The translations under genes were made by a program, and so were the position numbers. From NCBI GenBank assembly GCA_964615805.1, contig CAZTQI010000001.1:1-27388 (forward strand): DNA of 27,388 nt. The letters are read 5' to 3'. Below are positions 1-8,461 of the stretch, in pieces. The stretch is from an uncultured Candidatus Saccharibacteria bacterium (lineage in GTDB: Bacteria > Patescibacteriota > Minisyncoccia > Phycocordibacterales > CAIZIN01). Position 1 is the first letter of the stretch. Every line of letters starts with the position of its first letter. The notes under the pieces were generated by a model, which had not been told where the DNA came from, did not search any database, and saw only the letters and a list, made by a program, of their open reading frames with translations.

Positions 1-349
1 TAAACACATCAATCCAATCAGAGTACGTTAGATCCATTAGCTCGCCTCTTTTTAATATACCAGCGTTATTTATTAACGTGTCAATTCTTCCTAAAACACT
101 TTCAGGGATATCTGAAATCGTTTCATTTAGCATTTTTTCATTACCCACATCTGCTCGAATAAACATGTAGTTATCATTTTCATTATATCCAAAGCTTAAT
201 AACTCTTCTTTGACTAAATGCAACTTCTTCCCTCCATTATAATAATTAACAATGACAAAACAATCCTCGTTTAGGTACTTTTTTACCATAGCAAGACCAA
301 TTCCTGAAGTACCCCCTGTTATGAATATTGCTCTATTATTTTTGTCCAT
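1..349 (-). CDS. SDR-family oxidoreductase, 3'-truncated by the window edge (absent from ORF track)
   Basis: Hand translation from ATG at 349: MDKNNRAIFITGGTSGIGLAMVKKYL...IRADVG...IDTLINNAGIL...DWIDVF, open to base 1. Classical SDR TGxxxGIG and NNAG motifs. Overlaps the 3' end of 319..954 by 31 nt. Confidence 0.9.
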   Translation of the reverse strand, partial: MDKNNRAIFITGGTSGIGLAMVKKYLNEDCFVIVNYYNGGKKLHLVKEELLSFGYNENDNYMFIRADVGNEKMLNETISDIPESVLGRIDTLINNAGILKRGELMDLTYSDWIDVF

Positions 350-954
350 AAATCTTCAATGTTTTTCTTTTTATTCTCAGTAATAATAAAACCATGCTTA
401 ATTAAATCTTTTTCAATATCGATTATATCTTTATTTAATATCTGTGGGTAAATATAATTGTCTATAAGCAAAAATGCTGACAGTTTCATCATTTTGTTGT
501 ATCTTAAAAAAAATTTATTTTCAGCATTTTTGTCAAAATATGATTTTCTTAAGACATATATATATTCCCTCATTCTATCTACAATAGATGTTTTTATATT
601 CTTAATTTTAGTTGGGGGGAATTTTGTAAAAAAGTTCTTCCCAATTAATATTTCCCCATCCCTCAATGATTCAACCAAATATTCTCCATGGCCACCAAAT
701 TTGAATTTTTTAGTATAGTCAATCTCTTCTCGCTTAATAAGAGAAACATCATAATTTTTTAGGGAATCATCCTTGCTTAGCAATTTTACAAAATCATCAA
801 ATCGTCCACGCCTTGTTATAACAGCAATATCTACATCGTTGGATGTAGAGCTATTATGCAAGGATGAACCAAAAAGAATAACACTTAGAATGATCTTTAC
901 ATCATATGCCTTCGCAAGAATACGTGGTAGTTTGAAATTTATATTATTGTTCAT
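319..954 (-). CDS. Nucleotidyltransferase-domain protein (Pol beta/MNT-like)
   Basis: ILFGSSL...SNDVDIAVI matches the GS...DxD signature, followed by a helical C-terminal region. Confidence 0.7.
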   Translation of the reverse strand: MNNNINFKLPRILAKAYDVKIILSVILFGSSLHNSSTSNDVDIAVITRRGRFDDFVKLLSKDDSLKNYDVSLIKREEIDYTKKFKFGGHGEYLVESLRDGEILIGKNFFTKFPPTKIKNIKTSIVDRMREYIYVLRKSYFDKNAENKFFLRYNKMMKLSAFLLIDNYIYPQILNKDIIDIEKDLIKHGFIITENKKKNIEDLWTKIIEQYS

Positions 955-975
955 AAATTAAAACGCAACATAATA

Positions 976-1004
976 ATTATACCAACAAACCTGTATGTTG
1001 TCAA
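976..1004 (-). promoter_or_regulatory. Sigma70 promoter for the nucleotidyltransferase/SDR pair
   Basis: Minus strand TTGACA (999-1004), 17-nt spacer, TATAAT (976-981) preceded by TGG; perfect consensus. Confidence 0.8.
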
Positions 1005-1081
1005 AGAATTTCAATAGCTATAATATAAGCGAATGGATAGCAAGAATTTACTTAACCATACTCTGGGTGCTTACTTCAAAA

Positions 1082-1840
1082 CTACCTCTTGTCTCTAAAC
1101 AAAGTCTTAATGTATTCAGGATAACACCACCAGTGTTTTCCATCGGCTTCATTTTGAGGTGTGAGTGGAACAATCAACGGCTTCACTCCAAATTTTTTCC
1201 AAACAAATTCAAAAGCTGGCAATAAGACTTCTTCGGTGAATTTTTTCTCTTTACTTGTGAGCAAATAATTTTCAAACAAAATTCCATTTCTAATATAAAA
1301 AGCAAAAATATACTTATAATACTCCTTTGGATTTTTACCGAGTTTATGATAATCCTCTGAGCCATCGTATATTTCAAGACCTTCATAAAAGGTTTTTAGT
1401 GCTCGATGATGAAAATCAACTAAACTTTCACCCCACAATGTTTCAACGTCTTTAATCTTCTTCTTTTCATTTTTTCCACAAAGATCAATTATGTGCTCAC
1501 TACTAGTTATCATTTCATTATTGTCATTTCTGCCATGATAAAATACCATCTTAGCTAAAGATGCTTTATCAAAATTTGTCGTAACAAAAAGATCATCGGT
1601 GTATTCAAAAACTAAGGGTTTCAAGTTTATATCCTGTGAAGCTTTCCAAAAGTGAAAAAATGCCCAGTTTGATGTTGCAACATGAAAAGTACACAAGGCC
1701 CTCGGCTCATCTTTCAAGGGTATAGGCAAATTATCACCCAAATATTCCTCCACTCTCCTTCTCAACTCAGTATCATTCCACCTTCTCTCAAGCTCAGCTT
1801 TTGCTTCCTGTAGTGGTGTATAAATATCGTTTACGTTCAT
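1082..1840 (-). CDS. Hypothetical protein X, full copy A (252 aa)
   Basis: Intact ORF with a same-length paralog at 8462..9220. Differences between the two are mostly synonymous, which supports coding status. No functional motif recognised. Confidence 0.85.
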   Translation of the reverse strand: MNVNDIYTPLQEAKAELERRWNDTELRRRVEEYLGDNLPIPLKDEPRALCTFHVATSNWAFFHFWKASQDINLKPLVFEYTDDLFVTTNFDKASLAKMVFYHGRNDNNEMITSSEHIIDLCGKNEKKKIKDVETLWGESLVDFHHRALKTFYEGLEIYDGSEDYHKLGKNPKEYYKYIFAFYIRNGILFENYLLTSKEKKFTEEVLLPAFEFVWKKFGVKPLIVPLTPQNEADGKHWWCYPEYIKTLFRDKR

Positions 1841-1846
1841 TGTGGT

Positions 1847-1880
1847 TTATATTATACAGCTTGAGGAAAATAAGTACAAA
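1847..1880 (-). promoter_or_regulatory. X-module promoter, copy A
   Basis: Minus strand TTGTAC-17 nt-TATAAT, with the -10 (1851-1856) 10 nt from the ATG. Homologous blocks near 3261-3298, 5173-5212, 9227-9260 and 11455-11495. Confidence 0.7.
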
Positions 1881-1891
1881 AAAATAGCAGA

Positions 1892-3007
1892 TTAATCGAG
1901 AAAATACTGTGGAGTAACCACTTGGGCTTTTGCTGTGGGATATAATTTCAAAAACTTATTAAATACAACATTTTCTTTTGTCCACTTACACTCAAAAGCT
2001 TGAATGTCTCTATTTTTCTGAACAATAAAATCAATTTCAATTTTCTCTGTTGTCCTCCAGAAATATATGCGCGGTGGAAAGGTTTCAATCTCACCAGCTT
2101 TTAGAAGCTCCAAAAAAAACATGTTTTCAAAAACCATACCCTTATCCTCTCTTCCAGAAAGATTATCTACATTGTCAGCTATAACATTTCTTATACCGAG
2201 ATCAATAAAAAAAACTTTAAATGCTTTTCTCAGCTCATTTCTATGATTATTTGAAAACGACCTTACTATTTTTATGATATATGATTGCTCCAAAAGTTTT
2301 AAATATTTTTCAACTGTTGTACGACTTGTTTTTAAACTATTAGCTAGTTCATTCACCGAAACGAGTTGCCCAATTTGAAGTGCTAACATTTTAATCATGT
2401 CCTCAAACAATTGCGGACTTCTGATTGATTCAAATATGTATATATCCTTGTATAAATAATTAGTGGTAATATTTTTCAAAAGATTCTCTCTTGTCATCCT
2501 ATCTTCTTCACCTACAATAGCTGGGTACATTCCAACTCTCATATGTTCCAGAATATCTACAGTATCTATTTTTTTTGTTTTTTTAATTTCAGAAATTGAG
2601 AGAGGATAAAGTATAAACTCAAAAGACCTACCAGTGAGAGGCTCGTTTATTTTGTTAGCTAAATCAAAAGATGATGAACCGGTAGCAATAATCTGCACTT
2701 CCGGATATTTATCAATAAAAATCTTTATGATAGTCCCTATATTTTGAATTGTTTGAGCTTCATCAAAAACTACTATTTTTTTATTTAATACAAGTTCTTT
2801 CAGCTGATCTGGGTCACCTACAATAAAATGCTTTCTTACGCTAATTTCCTCGCAATTAAAGTATGCTCCGAGCTCTCCAAAATCCTTGATAATTTTTTTA
2901 GCCAAGGTAGTCTTTCCGGCTTGTCTTGGTCCAAATATTAAAATTGCCCTCTTTTTGAAAAGAAGCTCCTTGATTCTAGGCTCTATATTACGATCAAATA
3001 TAATCAT
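1892..3007 (-). CDS. AAA_14/DUF4143-type ATP-binding protein
   Basis: Walker A GPRQAGKT, Walker B FDEAQ, ATGSS, and C-terminal YFWRT...EIDFIV...AFECKW (PD-(D/E)xK-like) typical of this family. Confidence 0.88.
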   Translation of the reverse strand: MIIFDRNIEPRIKELLFKKRAILIFGPRQAGKTTLAKKIIKDFGELGAYFNCEEISVRKHFIVGDPDQLKELVLNKKIVVFDEAQTIQNIGTIIKIFIDKYPEVQIIATGSSSFDLANKINEPLTGRSFEFILYPLSISEIKKTKKIDTVDILEHMRVGMYPAIVGEEDRMTRENLLKNITTNYLYKDIYIFESIRSPQLFEDMIKMLALQIGQLVSVNELANSLKTSRTTVEKYLKLLEQSYIIKIVRSFSNNHRNELRKAFKVFFIDLGIRNVIADNVDNLSGREDKGMVFENMFFLELLKAGEIETFPPRIYFWRTTEKIEIDFIVQKNRDIQAFECKWTKENVVFNKFLKLYPTAKAQVVTPQYFLD

Positions 3008-3018
3008 GTATATATTAT

Positions 3019-3046
3019 ATAATTTGCATAAAAAAATGCAAATTAT
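3019..3046. promoter_or_regulatory. Perfect 11-6-11 palindrome abutting the -10 of the AAA gene (candidate operator)
   Basis: ATAATTTGCAT-AAAAAA-ATGCAAATTAT; minus-strand TATAAT at 3014-3019, ATG at 3007. Confidence 0.6.
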
Positions 3047-3130
3047 TGAAAATCAAAATATATGGCTATAAATAAGGATATATTTTCTAAGCAAATGAGG
3101 GATTTTCCACCCTGAGAAGCCCTCCTTCTT

Positions 3131-3214
3131 TTATCTCAACCCAGGATCATTCCACCTTCTTTCAAGTTCAGCCTTTGCCTCCTGTAGTGGTGTGTAAATA
3201 TCGTTTACGTTCAT
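3131..3214 (-). pseudogene. X 5' stub, copy B (27 aa, MNVNDIYTPLQEAKAELERRWNDPGLR*)
   Basis: Hand translation. First 21 codons encode the same peptide as X. Premature TAA, then weak in-frame similarity (G..IPHLLR vs G..LPLPLR) for about 18 more codons. Confidence 0.9.
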
Positions 3215-3296
3215 TTTAGTTTGTTGTTAGTTCAGGATTACTATTATCTTTCACACCTAATATTATAAACCATTTTCACATTAAAACAAAAATTAA

Positions 3297-3860
3297 TTAT
3301 AAAATATCTAAATTTTTCATTTTCTTTAATGCTCTTGCAACATTTGAATCCGTACCAGACATGACATCTTCAAAGCTAACCCACTTATAATCAGATACTT
3401 CATTCTCATCTAAAATAACATCACTTGAATCAACTTTATAAACAAACATAAAATCGTGATGACTATGTTCCGATTCGTTTTTTTTGATATTTTCAGGAAT
3501 TATATGTGTATCAACCAATATTGGACACTTATTATCCAAGCACCACTTATGCAATTCAATATTGGATATTCCTGTTTCCTCCAAAACTTCTCTACGGGCA
3601 GAATCCTCTAGATATATATCACCCACCTCAACGTGTCCACCAGGCTGTAAATACTTTTGTAATTTATTATGAAAAATAACCAGTATTTCATTGTTAGAGT
3701 TAATTATTAAAGCACTCGCTGTAACGTGACCATTGAAATTCGATCTAGATAAAAGATCTTGTTCTTCAGAAATCTGATTTTTTAACTTTTCAAACAAATG
3801 ATTCTCTTCATTAAAAATTTCAAGATAACTATTTAAATTTTTTATTATATCGTTCAGCAT
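3297..3860 (-). CDS. NUDIX hydrolase
   Basis: Nudix box QPGGHVEVGDIYLEDSARREVLEETG, plus HVTASA and HxHHDF. Start moved from 3896 to the ATG at 3860, 2 nt after the upstream stop at 3863. Confidence 0.9.
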   Translation of the reverse strand: MLNDIIKNLNSYLEIFNEENHLFEKLKNQISEEQDLLSRSNFNGHVTASALIINSNNEILVIFHNKLQKYLQPGGHVEVGDIYLEDSARREVLEETGISNIELHKWCLDNKCPILVDTHIIPENIKKNESEHSHHDFMFVYKVDSSDVILDENEVSDYKWVSFEDVMSGTDSNVARALKKMKNLDIL

Positions 3861-3862
3861 AT

Positions 3863-4999
3863 TTATATATTTATTAATAAAAAGTACTTCAACCAAAGAT
3901 CTGCTATTCTAATCCTATCTAATTCGGAAGTTTTCTGTACACTACTGTCGAGCGTATTTTCATTCATGTACACAATCGAATCTATTATCTCCTTCTGCAC
4001 CAACAAGATAAAATCATCTACCACTGCACCATGCAAAAAATTGACCGCATTTCCATCATTAATAACATAAACACTATGAGTATTTTTCTCATACCTAGTA
4101 ATATAATCATTTATAATAAGCTTGGAATAATTATCTTTTAGATATTTAAGGTCTAATTCATCGTCTGAGGATGTTACCGAAGCAATAAATACATTATTTT
4201 TTAACAGTTTGTATTCATCATCCTTGAGTGATAAATTTCCACTTGAACAGAAAATAACATCTGAAATTTCTAACAGTATATTTTTAGTTACAATTTTATT
4301 TCCTCTTGAATATGCATGAATCAGGGTTATTGGATTAATATCATAAACTGAAACATCACAGCCTTTATCTCTAAGTGATGAAAGTATACCATTACCAATT
4401 TTACCAAAACCAATTATTCCAACCTTTTTATTGTTTAATAGAATACCTAACTCTCTAAATAAAGCATCAACAGAGAAAACTACAGCTTGACCAACAAGGT
4501 GATCTTCGTTTTCTTTTAGAGGACTCCTGGCTACAGAAAGCACTGGATGATTTAATCCTTTATTTAGGTATTTTTGATGTCCGTTTTCAGTATCCTCAAT
4601 CACCCCTAAAAACCTTTCACCGAGAACTTCTTTTATTTTGCTAGAGATATTTGAAAAATATCCTCCTATATCAACAATAACTAAATTATTATCTTTCGGA
4701 ATGTTATTAATTATTGGTAAAATAACACTGATATCTTTTAGCTCTTCACGAGTAATATTTAATATTTTATTTTTTGGATATAATTCTAAAAAAATTTTAT
4801 TTATTGATTTTTTCTTTGGTATGATACATTCTATTGAAAAATATTTGTTGAGAATGTTTATATACGGAACTCCAGTATCTATAACATGACTGACTACAAT
4901 CAAACTAATTTTTTTAGTGTTTTTAGCTTCAGAAATAAAATTATCATCAAAAAACTTTTCCCTTGTTTTTATTTTTTCTTTAGTAAGATAATTTATCAT
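3863..4999 (-). CDS. Divergent S-adenosylhomocysteine-hydrolase-like NAD-binding protein
   Basis: Rossmann motif GIIGFGKIG, VYDINP; SAHH-like segments IVDIGG, IEDTENG, SVARSPLKENED, SGN and GNAVNF. Confidence 0.75.
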   Translation of the reverse strand: MINYLTKEKIKTREKFFDDNFISEAKNTKKISLIVVSHVIDTGVPYINILNKYFSIECIIPKKKSINKIFLELYPKNKILNITREELKDISVILPIINNIPKDNNLVIVDIGGYFSNISSKIKEVLGERFLGVIEDTENGHQKYLNKGLNHPVLSVARSPLKENEDHLVGQAVVFSVDALFRELGILLNNKKVGIIGFGKIGNGILSSLRDKGCDVSVYDINPITLIHAYSRGNKIVTKNILLEISDVIFCSSGNLSLKDDEYKLLKNNVFIASVTSSDDELDLKYLKDNYSKLIINDYITRYEKNTHSVYVINDGNAVNFLHGAVVDDFILLVQKEIIDSIVYMNENTLDSSVQKTSELDRIRIADLWLKYFLLINI

Positions 5000-5037
5000 T
5001 TTATTTTGAGGAATAAAAATTTGATCAGCACCTTTTT

Positions 5038-5145
5038 CTAATTAAAATACTCCTCCACCCCCCTCTTCAATTCCTTATCCTCCCACCTCCTCTCAAGCTC
5101 AGCCTTTGCCTCCTGTAATGGTGTATAAATGTCATTTACGTTCAT
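5038..5145 (-). pseudogene. X 5' stub, copy C (35 aa, MNVNDIYTPLQEAKAELERRWEDKELKRGVEEYFN*)
   Basis: Hand translation. Promoter homolog at 5173-5212. Stop lies 38 nt before the SAHH-like ATG. Confidence 0.9.
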
Positions 5146-5249
5146 TGTTTGTGGTATTACTTAGATTAGTGATTATATTATACCGCCTACAGAAAATAAA
5201 CACAAAAAAAATATAACTAACATCTTAACAATATGGTAAAATATAGTAA

Positions 5250-5972
5250 ATGAAGACAAATGAGAATAAAATCACAAAAAAGCAAAGAGAAAAGGATGTA
5301 CTCGTAAAAACATCAGAATTGGCCAGTCGAGGGCAATTTAAAGAGGGCTTATTTTCATTAAATAAATACGTGAAAAAAAATCCAAATTATTCAGAAGATA
5401 TTTTGCTCTATAAAGCATTTCTTCTGTATCATCATGCGGCGAACGTTTTGTACTCAACCTCTAAACTATCGAACAGACTAAAAAATGATGCTCAGCCATA
5501 CTTCGATGAAGCGATTGTAATTTGCAAAAATATAATTAATAAGGAAAAAACAAATACTGTAAATTATTTAAATGCCAGACTATATCTAGCTCAAATATAT
5601 GTAATGAATGGTAAATACAAACAAGCTCTTAATTTTGCAAAAAACACTTTTAAATTAAAGCCCTCATCATTGACTGCTGAACGTATAGCCGACATTTACC
5701 TGCGCTCAAATGATTTTCTTAAAGCGATTACTTGGTATAGAAAGTCAATAAAAGAATCGAACAATCTAGCCCAAAAACTATTGGCACAAATTGCGATTGC
5801 TATTTGTTATAGAAAAATAAAAAGAGAGAAGCAGGCAAAAAAAGAAGCATTGTTTGCTCTAAATTTTTTAAAACGATCAAAATCAAAAAATAATTTGGAT
5901 AACATCCAAATCCTAGGTAAATCTCTCACGGATAATTTTCCTGAGATTATTAAGTCAGTCAAATTACTTTAA
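5250..5972 (+). CDS. TPR-repeat protein
   Basis: Repeated helical motifs (YLAQIY...G.Y.QAL..A; IADIY....DF.KAI.WY.KSI). TGG-TAAAAT lies 7 nt before the ATG. Confidence 0.7.
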   Translation: MKTNENKITKKQREKDVLVKTSELASRGQFKEGLFSLNKYVKKNPNYSEDILLYKAFLLYHHAANVLYSTSKLSNRLKNDAQPYFDEAIVICKNIINKEKTNTVNYLNARLYLAQIYVMNGKYKQALNFAKNTFKLKPSSLTAERIADIYLRSNDFLKAITWYRKSIKESNNLAQKLLAQIAIAICYRKIKREKQAKKEALFALNFLKRSKSKNNLDNIQILGKSLTDNFPEIIKSVKLL

Positions 5973-6809
5973 TTTAATCGGCTTCCTGAAAATTTCTAGC
6001 AAATCTGGATCATTCATGATTTTCATACCATGTTCATTATCAAAATTTCTTTTTTCTATTATTTCATCTTCAATTATCCTACAAATAGAAACCATATCAT
6101 TTAAAAATAAATTAAAATGTTTTTTCTCAGATCTGTATTTTGTAAACATATTGCAAAAATAGTCGAATGCTTTAATCTCTTTTCCATCTTCCTCAAAATA
6201 TATTTCTAATACATTATAATTCCCTACTATCATTTTTTCAAAACAATCTTTAAAATCATCTTGATAAACTAGTACAGGAGCAATCAATTCCTTAATAAAA
6301 TAATTCAACTTTTGACTTAATTCAATATTTTCCTTTTTCAAAATATCAAAAAAAATCATATGTGATATTTCATGTGCTGAAACTGCTAATACTTTTGGGT
6401 ATTCAACGACACCCTTTAATGAACCATATATTGAAAAGAAAAAGGTGTTTCCGTTAAATGGACACATTGGAAAAATTGTAGGTACTAAAATATAATCTTC
6501 AGCTTCTTTATTCCACTTATAATCCATTAAATTGGTCAGAATTTCTAAAGTTTTTTCACTTTTATTTATTACTTCACTTTCAATATATACGATTGATTTT
6601 TCAATATTTATCTTATTTTCTTCTCTAGTCTTATTTATAAATTCTACCAATACAGATTTTTCATCAACCCCTTCAAGCTCAAGTTTTTCTTTTAATCCTG
6701 GGTAGCTGGAAAAAATTATATTTCTATGTTGTGGATATTCCTTATTATTCAAAAAATTTTGAAAAATTTGCACTTCTGCATCAAGATCATTTTTTACTAT
6801 TATTTTCAT
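5964..6809 (-). CDS. Hypothetical protein with HExxH motif (possible zincin metallopeptidase)
   Basis: 281-aa ORF containing VSAHEISHMIF, with a downstream KELIA that could supply a third ligand. Confidence 0.55.
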   Translation of the reverse strand: MKIIVKNDLDAEVQIFQNFLNNKEYPQHRNIIFSSYPGLKEKLELEGVDEKSVLVEFINKTREENKINIEKSIVYIESEVINKSEKTLEILTNLMDYKWNKEAEDYILVPTIFPMCPFNGNTFFFSIYGSLKGVVEYPKVLAVSAHEISHMIFFDILKKENIELSQKLNYFIKELIAPVLVYQDDFKDCFEKMIVGNYNVLEIYFEEDGKEIKAFDYFCNMFTKYRSEKKHFNLFLNDMVSICRIIEDEIIEKRNFDNEHGMKIMNDPDLLEIFRKPIKLK

Positions 6810-6839
6810 ATTTATACTATATCACATATTATGGTCCTA

Positions 6840-6871
6840 TAAAAAACCGGCTAGTATTTCTACTAGCCGGT
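6840..6871 (-). terminator. Intrinsic terminator after the Cys-rich peptide
   Basis: Minus strand ACCGGCTAGTA-GAAA-TACTAGCCGGT: perfect 11-bp stem, GAAA loop, T tract. Confidence 0.9.
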
Positions 6872-6895
6872 AAATTTTGAATCAATTGGGATTTA

Positions 6896-7015
6896 TCAGC
6901 CCCAATCACACCAGCAGTCACAATTGCAACCTACACATTCACAGCCTGAACTGTATTCAGCCTGAAAACCTGAGGTCGTCATTGAGACAAAACCAAGAAC
7001 AAGTTTCTTTTTCAT
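6896..7015 (-). CDS. Putative RiPP precursor, 39 aa: MKKKLVLGFVSMTTSGFQAEYSSGCECVGCNCDCWCDWG (absent from ORF track)
   Basis: Strong SD AGAAAGGAG 5 nt upstream of the ATG. Starts 39 nt after the radical SAM stop and is followed by a terminator. Six Cys in the last 15 residues. Confidence 0.88.
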   Translation of the reverse strand: MKKKLVLGFVSMTTSGFQAEYSSGCECVGCNCDCWCDWG

Positions 7016-7054
7016 ATACACTCCTTTCTATGTTTATTGTTTATGAGACAGATA

Positions 7055-8350
7055 TTATGTAGCCAAACATATGACGTTTTGACTATATAAACCAGTAAAG
7101 AAGTTCCGTACAAGACCTAACTCAATATTATACTCTTTTGAAACATAATCAAGAGTAAATGTCTTTCCACGTAACTCCTTTAACAATTCAATAGAATCGG
7201 CATTGACGATGGATTTGAATGTACCATCGACTATTAAGGCAGTACCAAACTCCTCCGACCTTAGGTGGAGTCCTGAATTAACGATCAAGTCTTTGTTTGG
7301 ATCCAGAAGTACAACATCATTTGGTTTTCTTGGCACATACGCAAAGTCTTTTGAAGTTGCATATGGATCCATTGAACATATATTTCCGTAGTACTTGCAG
7401 TCCATTCGACAACCACCGCTACATTCAATGACGTATTTGCACTCTTTACATTCCTGAGGTAGCAGAGAGCCATCTCTCCAACTTTTTAGCCTTGGCCAGA
7501 TTTGAAGTAAAGACTCCTCAATTGCATTACCGTAAACATCATCAGAGTGACCACAGGGACGAACTTGTCCGTCGGAACCAATCGTACATCCTGTTTTCCC
7601 AGCGCTACAACTTCTTTTCGAAAGAAATTGGCCATAGCGACTCATGTCTTTGAGCAGACAGACTGGGTACGTAGTTAGTGAATCAACTTTGAGTCCGAAT
7701 TCGTCACGCAATTCAATGAGATTATCAAATATTCCAGCAATCTTCTCAGCTGGAAGCCTGATCTGTTCAAAGTTGGTAGACCCTTGAGCCGGGTGGACTT
7801 TTGTCGCACGAAAACCAGTAACACCCAAACTGTGAACAAACTTACCCGTCTCATGTATTTGATCAAAATTTGGTTGCATTACAACCATATTTGCACTGAC
7901 TGGAACCTCAAACTCACGCAGTATTTCAATTCCTTCAATCAATCTACCAAAGGAACCGCGCACAGTAGTGATGTTATCATGTGTATTTTTGTCATATGAT
8001 AATATCGATGTTAACACACCGATATCAAGCCTTTTCAGCTCTCTTGCAACTTCTGGAGTCATTAGGGTCAGGTTTGAGTTCAACGAACACTTCAAACCAA
8101 GACTTTTTGCGAATTCAAATGTAGACATCATCAAATCGGTATGCATCATCGGTTCTCCTCCGGTAATCAAAAAATTAGGAACCTCGCTGTCTGCGAGATT
8201 TTTGACAATTTTTCTTGCATCTTCCTCACTTAGAGTGACATCCTTTTCGGATGCTTTTCTCCAATGATTATAACAATGAATACATTTATGATTGCAAGCG
8301 GTAGTGAGTTCAAGTTGAACGGCTATGGGCGATTTCAGTTGTTTATACAT
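7055..8350 (-). CDS. Radical SAM/SPASM peptide maturase with C-terminal PqqD/RRE-like domain
   Basis: CNHKCIHC, ITGGEP, SPASM cysteines CSAGKTGC...RPC...CKEC...CSGGC, and C-terminal LRSEEFG followed by helices. SD GAAAGGA. Confidence 0.92.
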   Translation of the reverse strand: MYKQLKSPIAVQLELTTACNHKCIHCYNHWRKASEKDVTLSEEDARKIVKNLADSEVPNFLITGGEPMMHTDLMMSTFEFAKSLGLKCSLNSNLTLMTPEVARELKRLDIGVLTSILSYDKNTHDNITTVRGSFGRLIEGIEILREFEVPVSANMVVMQPNFDQIHETGKFVHSLGVTGFRATKVHPAQGSTNFEQIRLPAEKIAGIFDNLIELRDEFGLKVDSLTTYPVCLLKDMSRYGQFLSKRSCSAGKTGCTIGSDGQVRPCGHSDDVYGNAIEESLLQIWPRLKSWRDGSLLPQECKECKYVIECSGGCRMDCKYYGNICSMDPYATSKDFAYVPRKPNDVVLLDPNKDLIVNSGLHLRSEEFGTALIVDGTFKSIVNADSIELLKELRGKTFTLDYVSKEYNIELGLVRNFFTGLYSQNVICLAT

Positions 8351-8422
8351 AAAACTATCCTTTCATTTGTTGGATTTTTTCAAATAACAAACATTTTAGA
8401 ACACCTAAAATATCTAATGTAA

Positions 8423-8451
8423 ATAGTAGCAAGTTACACACCGAAAGTCAA
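8423..8451 (-). promoter_or_regulatory. Promoter of the rSAM-precursor operon
   Basis: Minus strand TTGACT-17 nt-TACTAT with a TGC extension; second TTTGAC immediately upstream. Confidence 0.7.
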
Positions 8452-8461
8452 ACTAGTCAAA

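Noticed and set aside
3019-3046. Palindrome as a Xer dif site
   Set aside because: The geometry is 11-6-11, but the arms do not match the dif pattern (GCATAA-N6-TTATG inner motif) and dif sites are asymmetric.
4999-5145. Programmed -1 frameshift fusing stub C to the SAHH-like ORF
   Set aside because: The tail is in frame with the SAHH ATG, but T-TTT-AAT is not a valid slippery heptamer and the -1 frame has TAA at that point.
6896-6898. TGA recoding (Sec, or code-25 Gly) at the precursor end and elsewhere
   Set aside because: TGA codons close genes right before terminators (6896, 12150, 14727), long genes are uninterrupted in code 11, and no SECIS-like evidence was seen.
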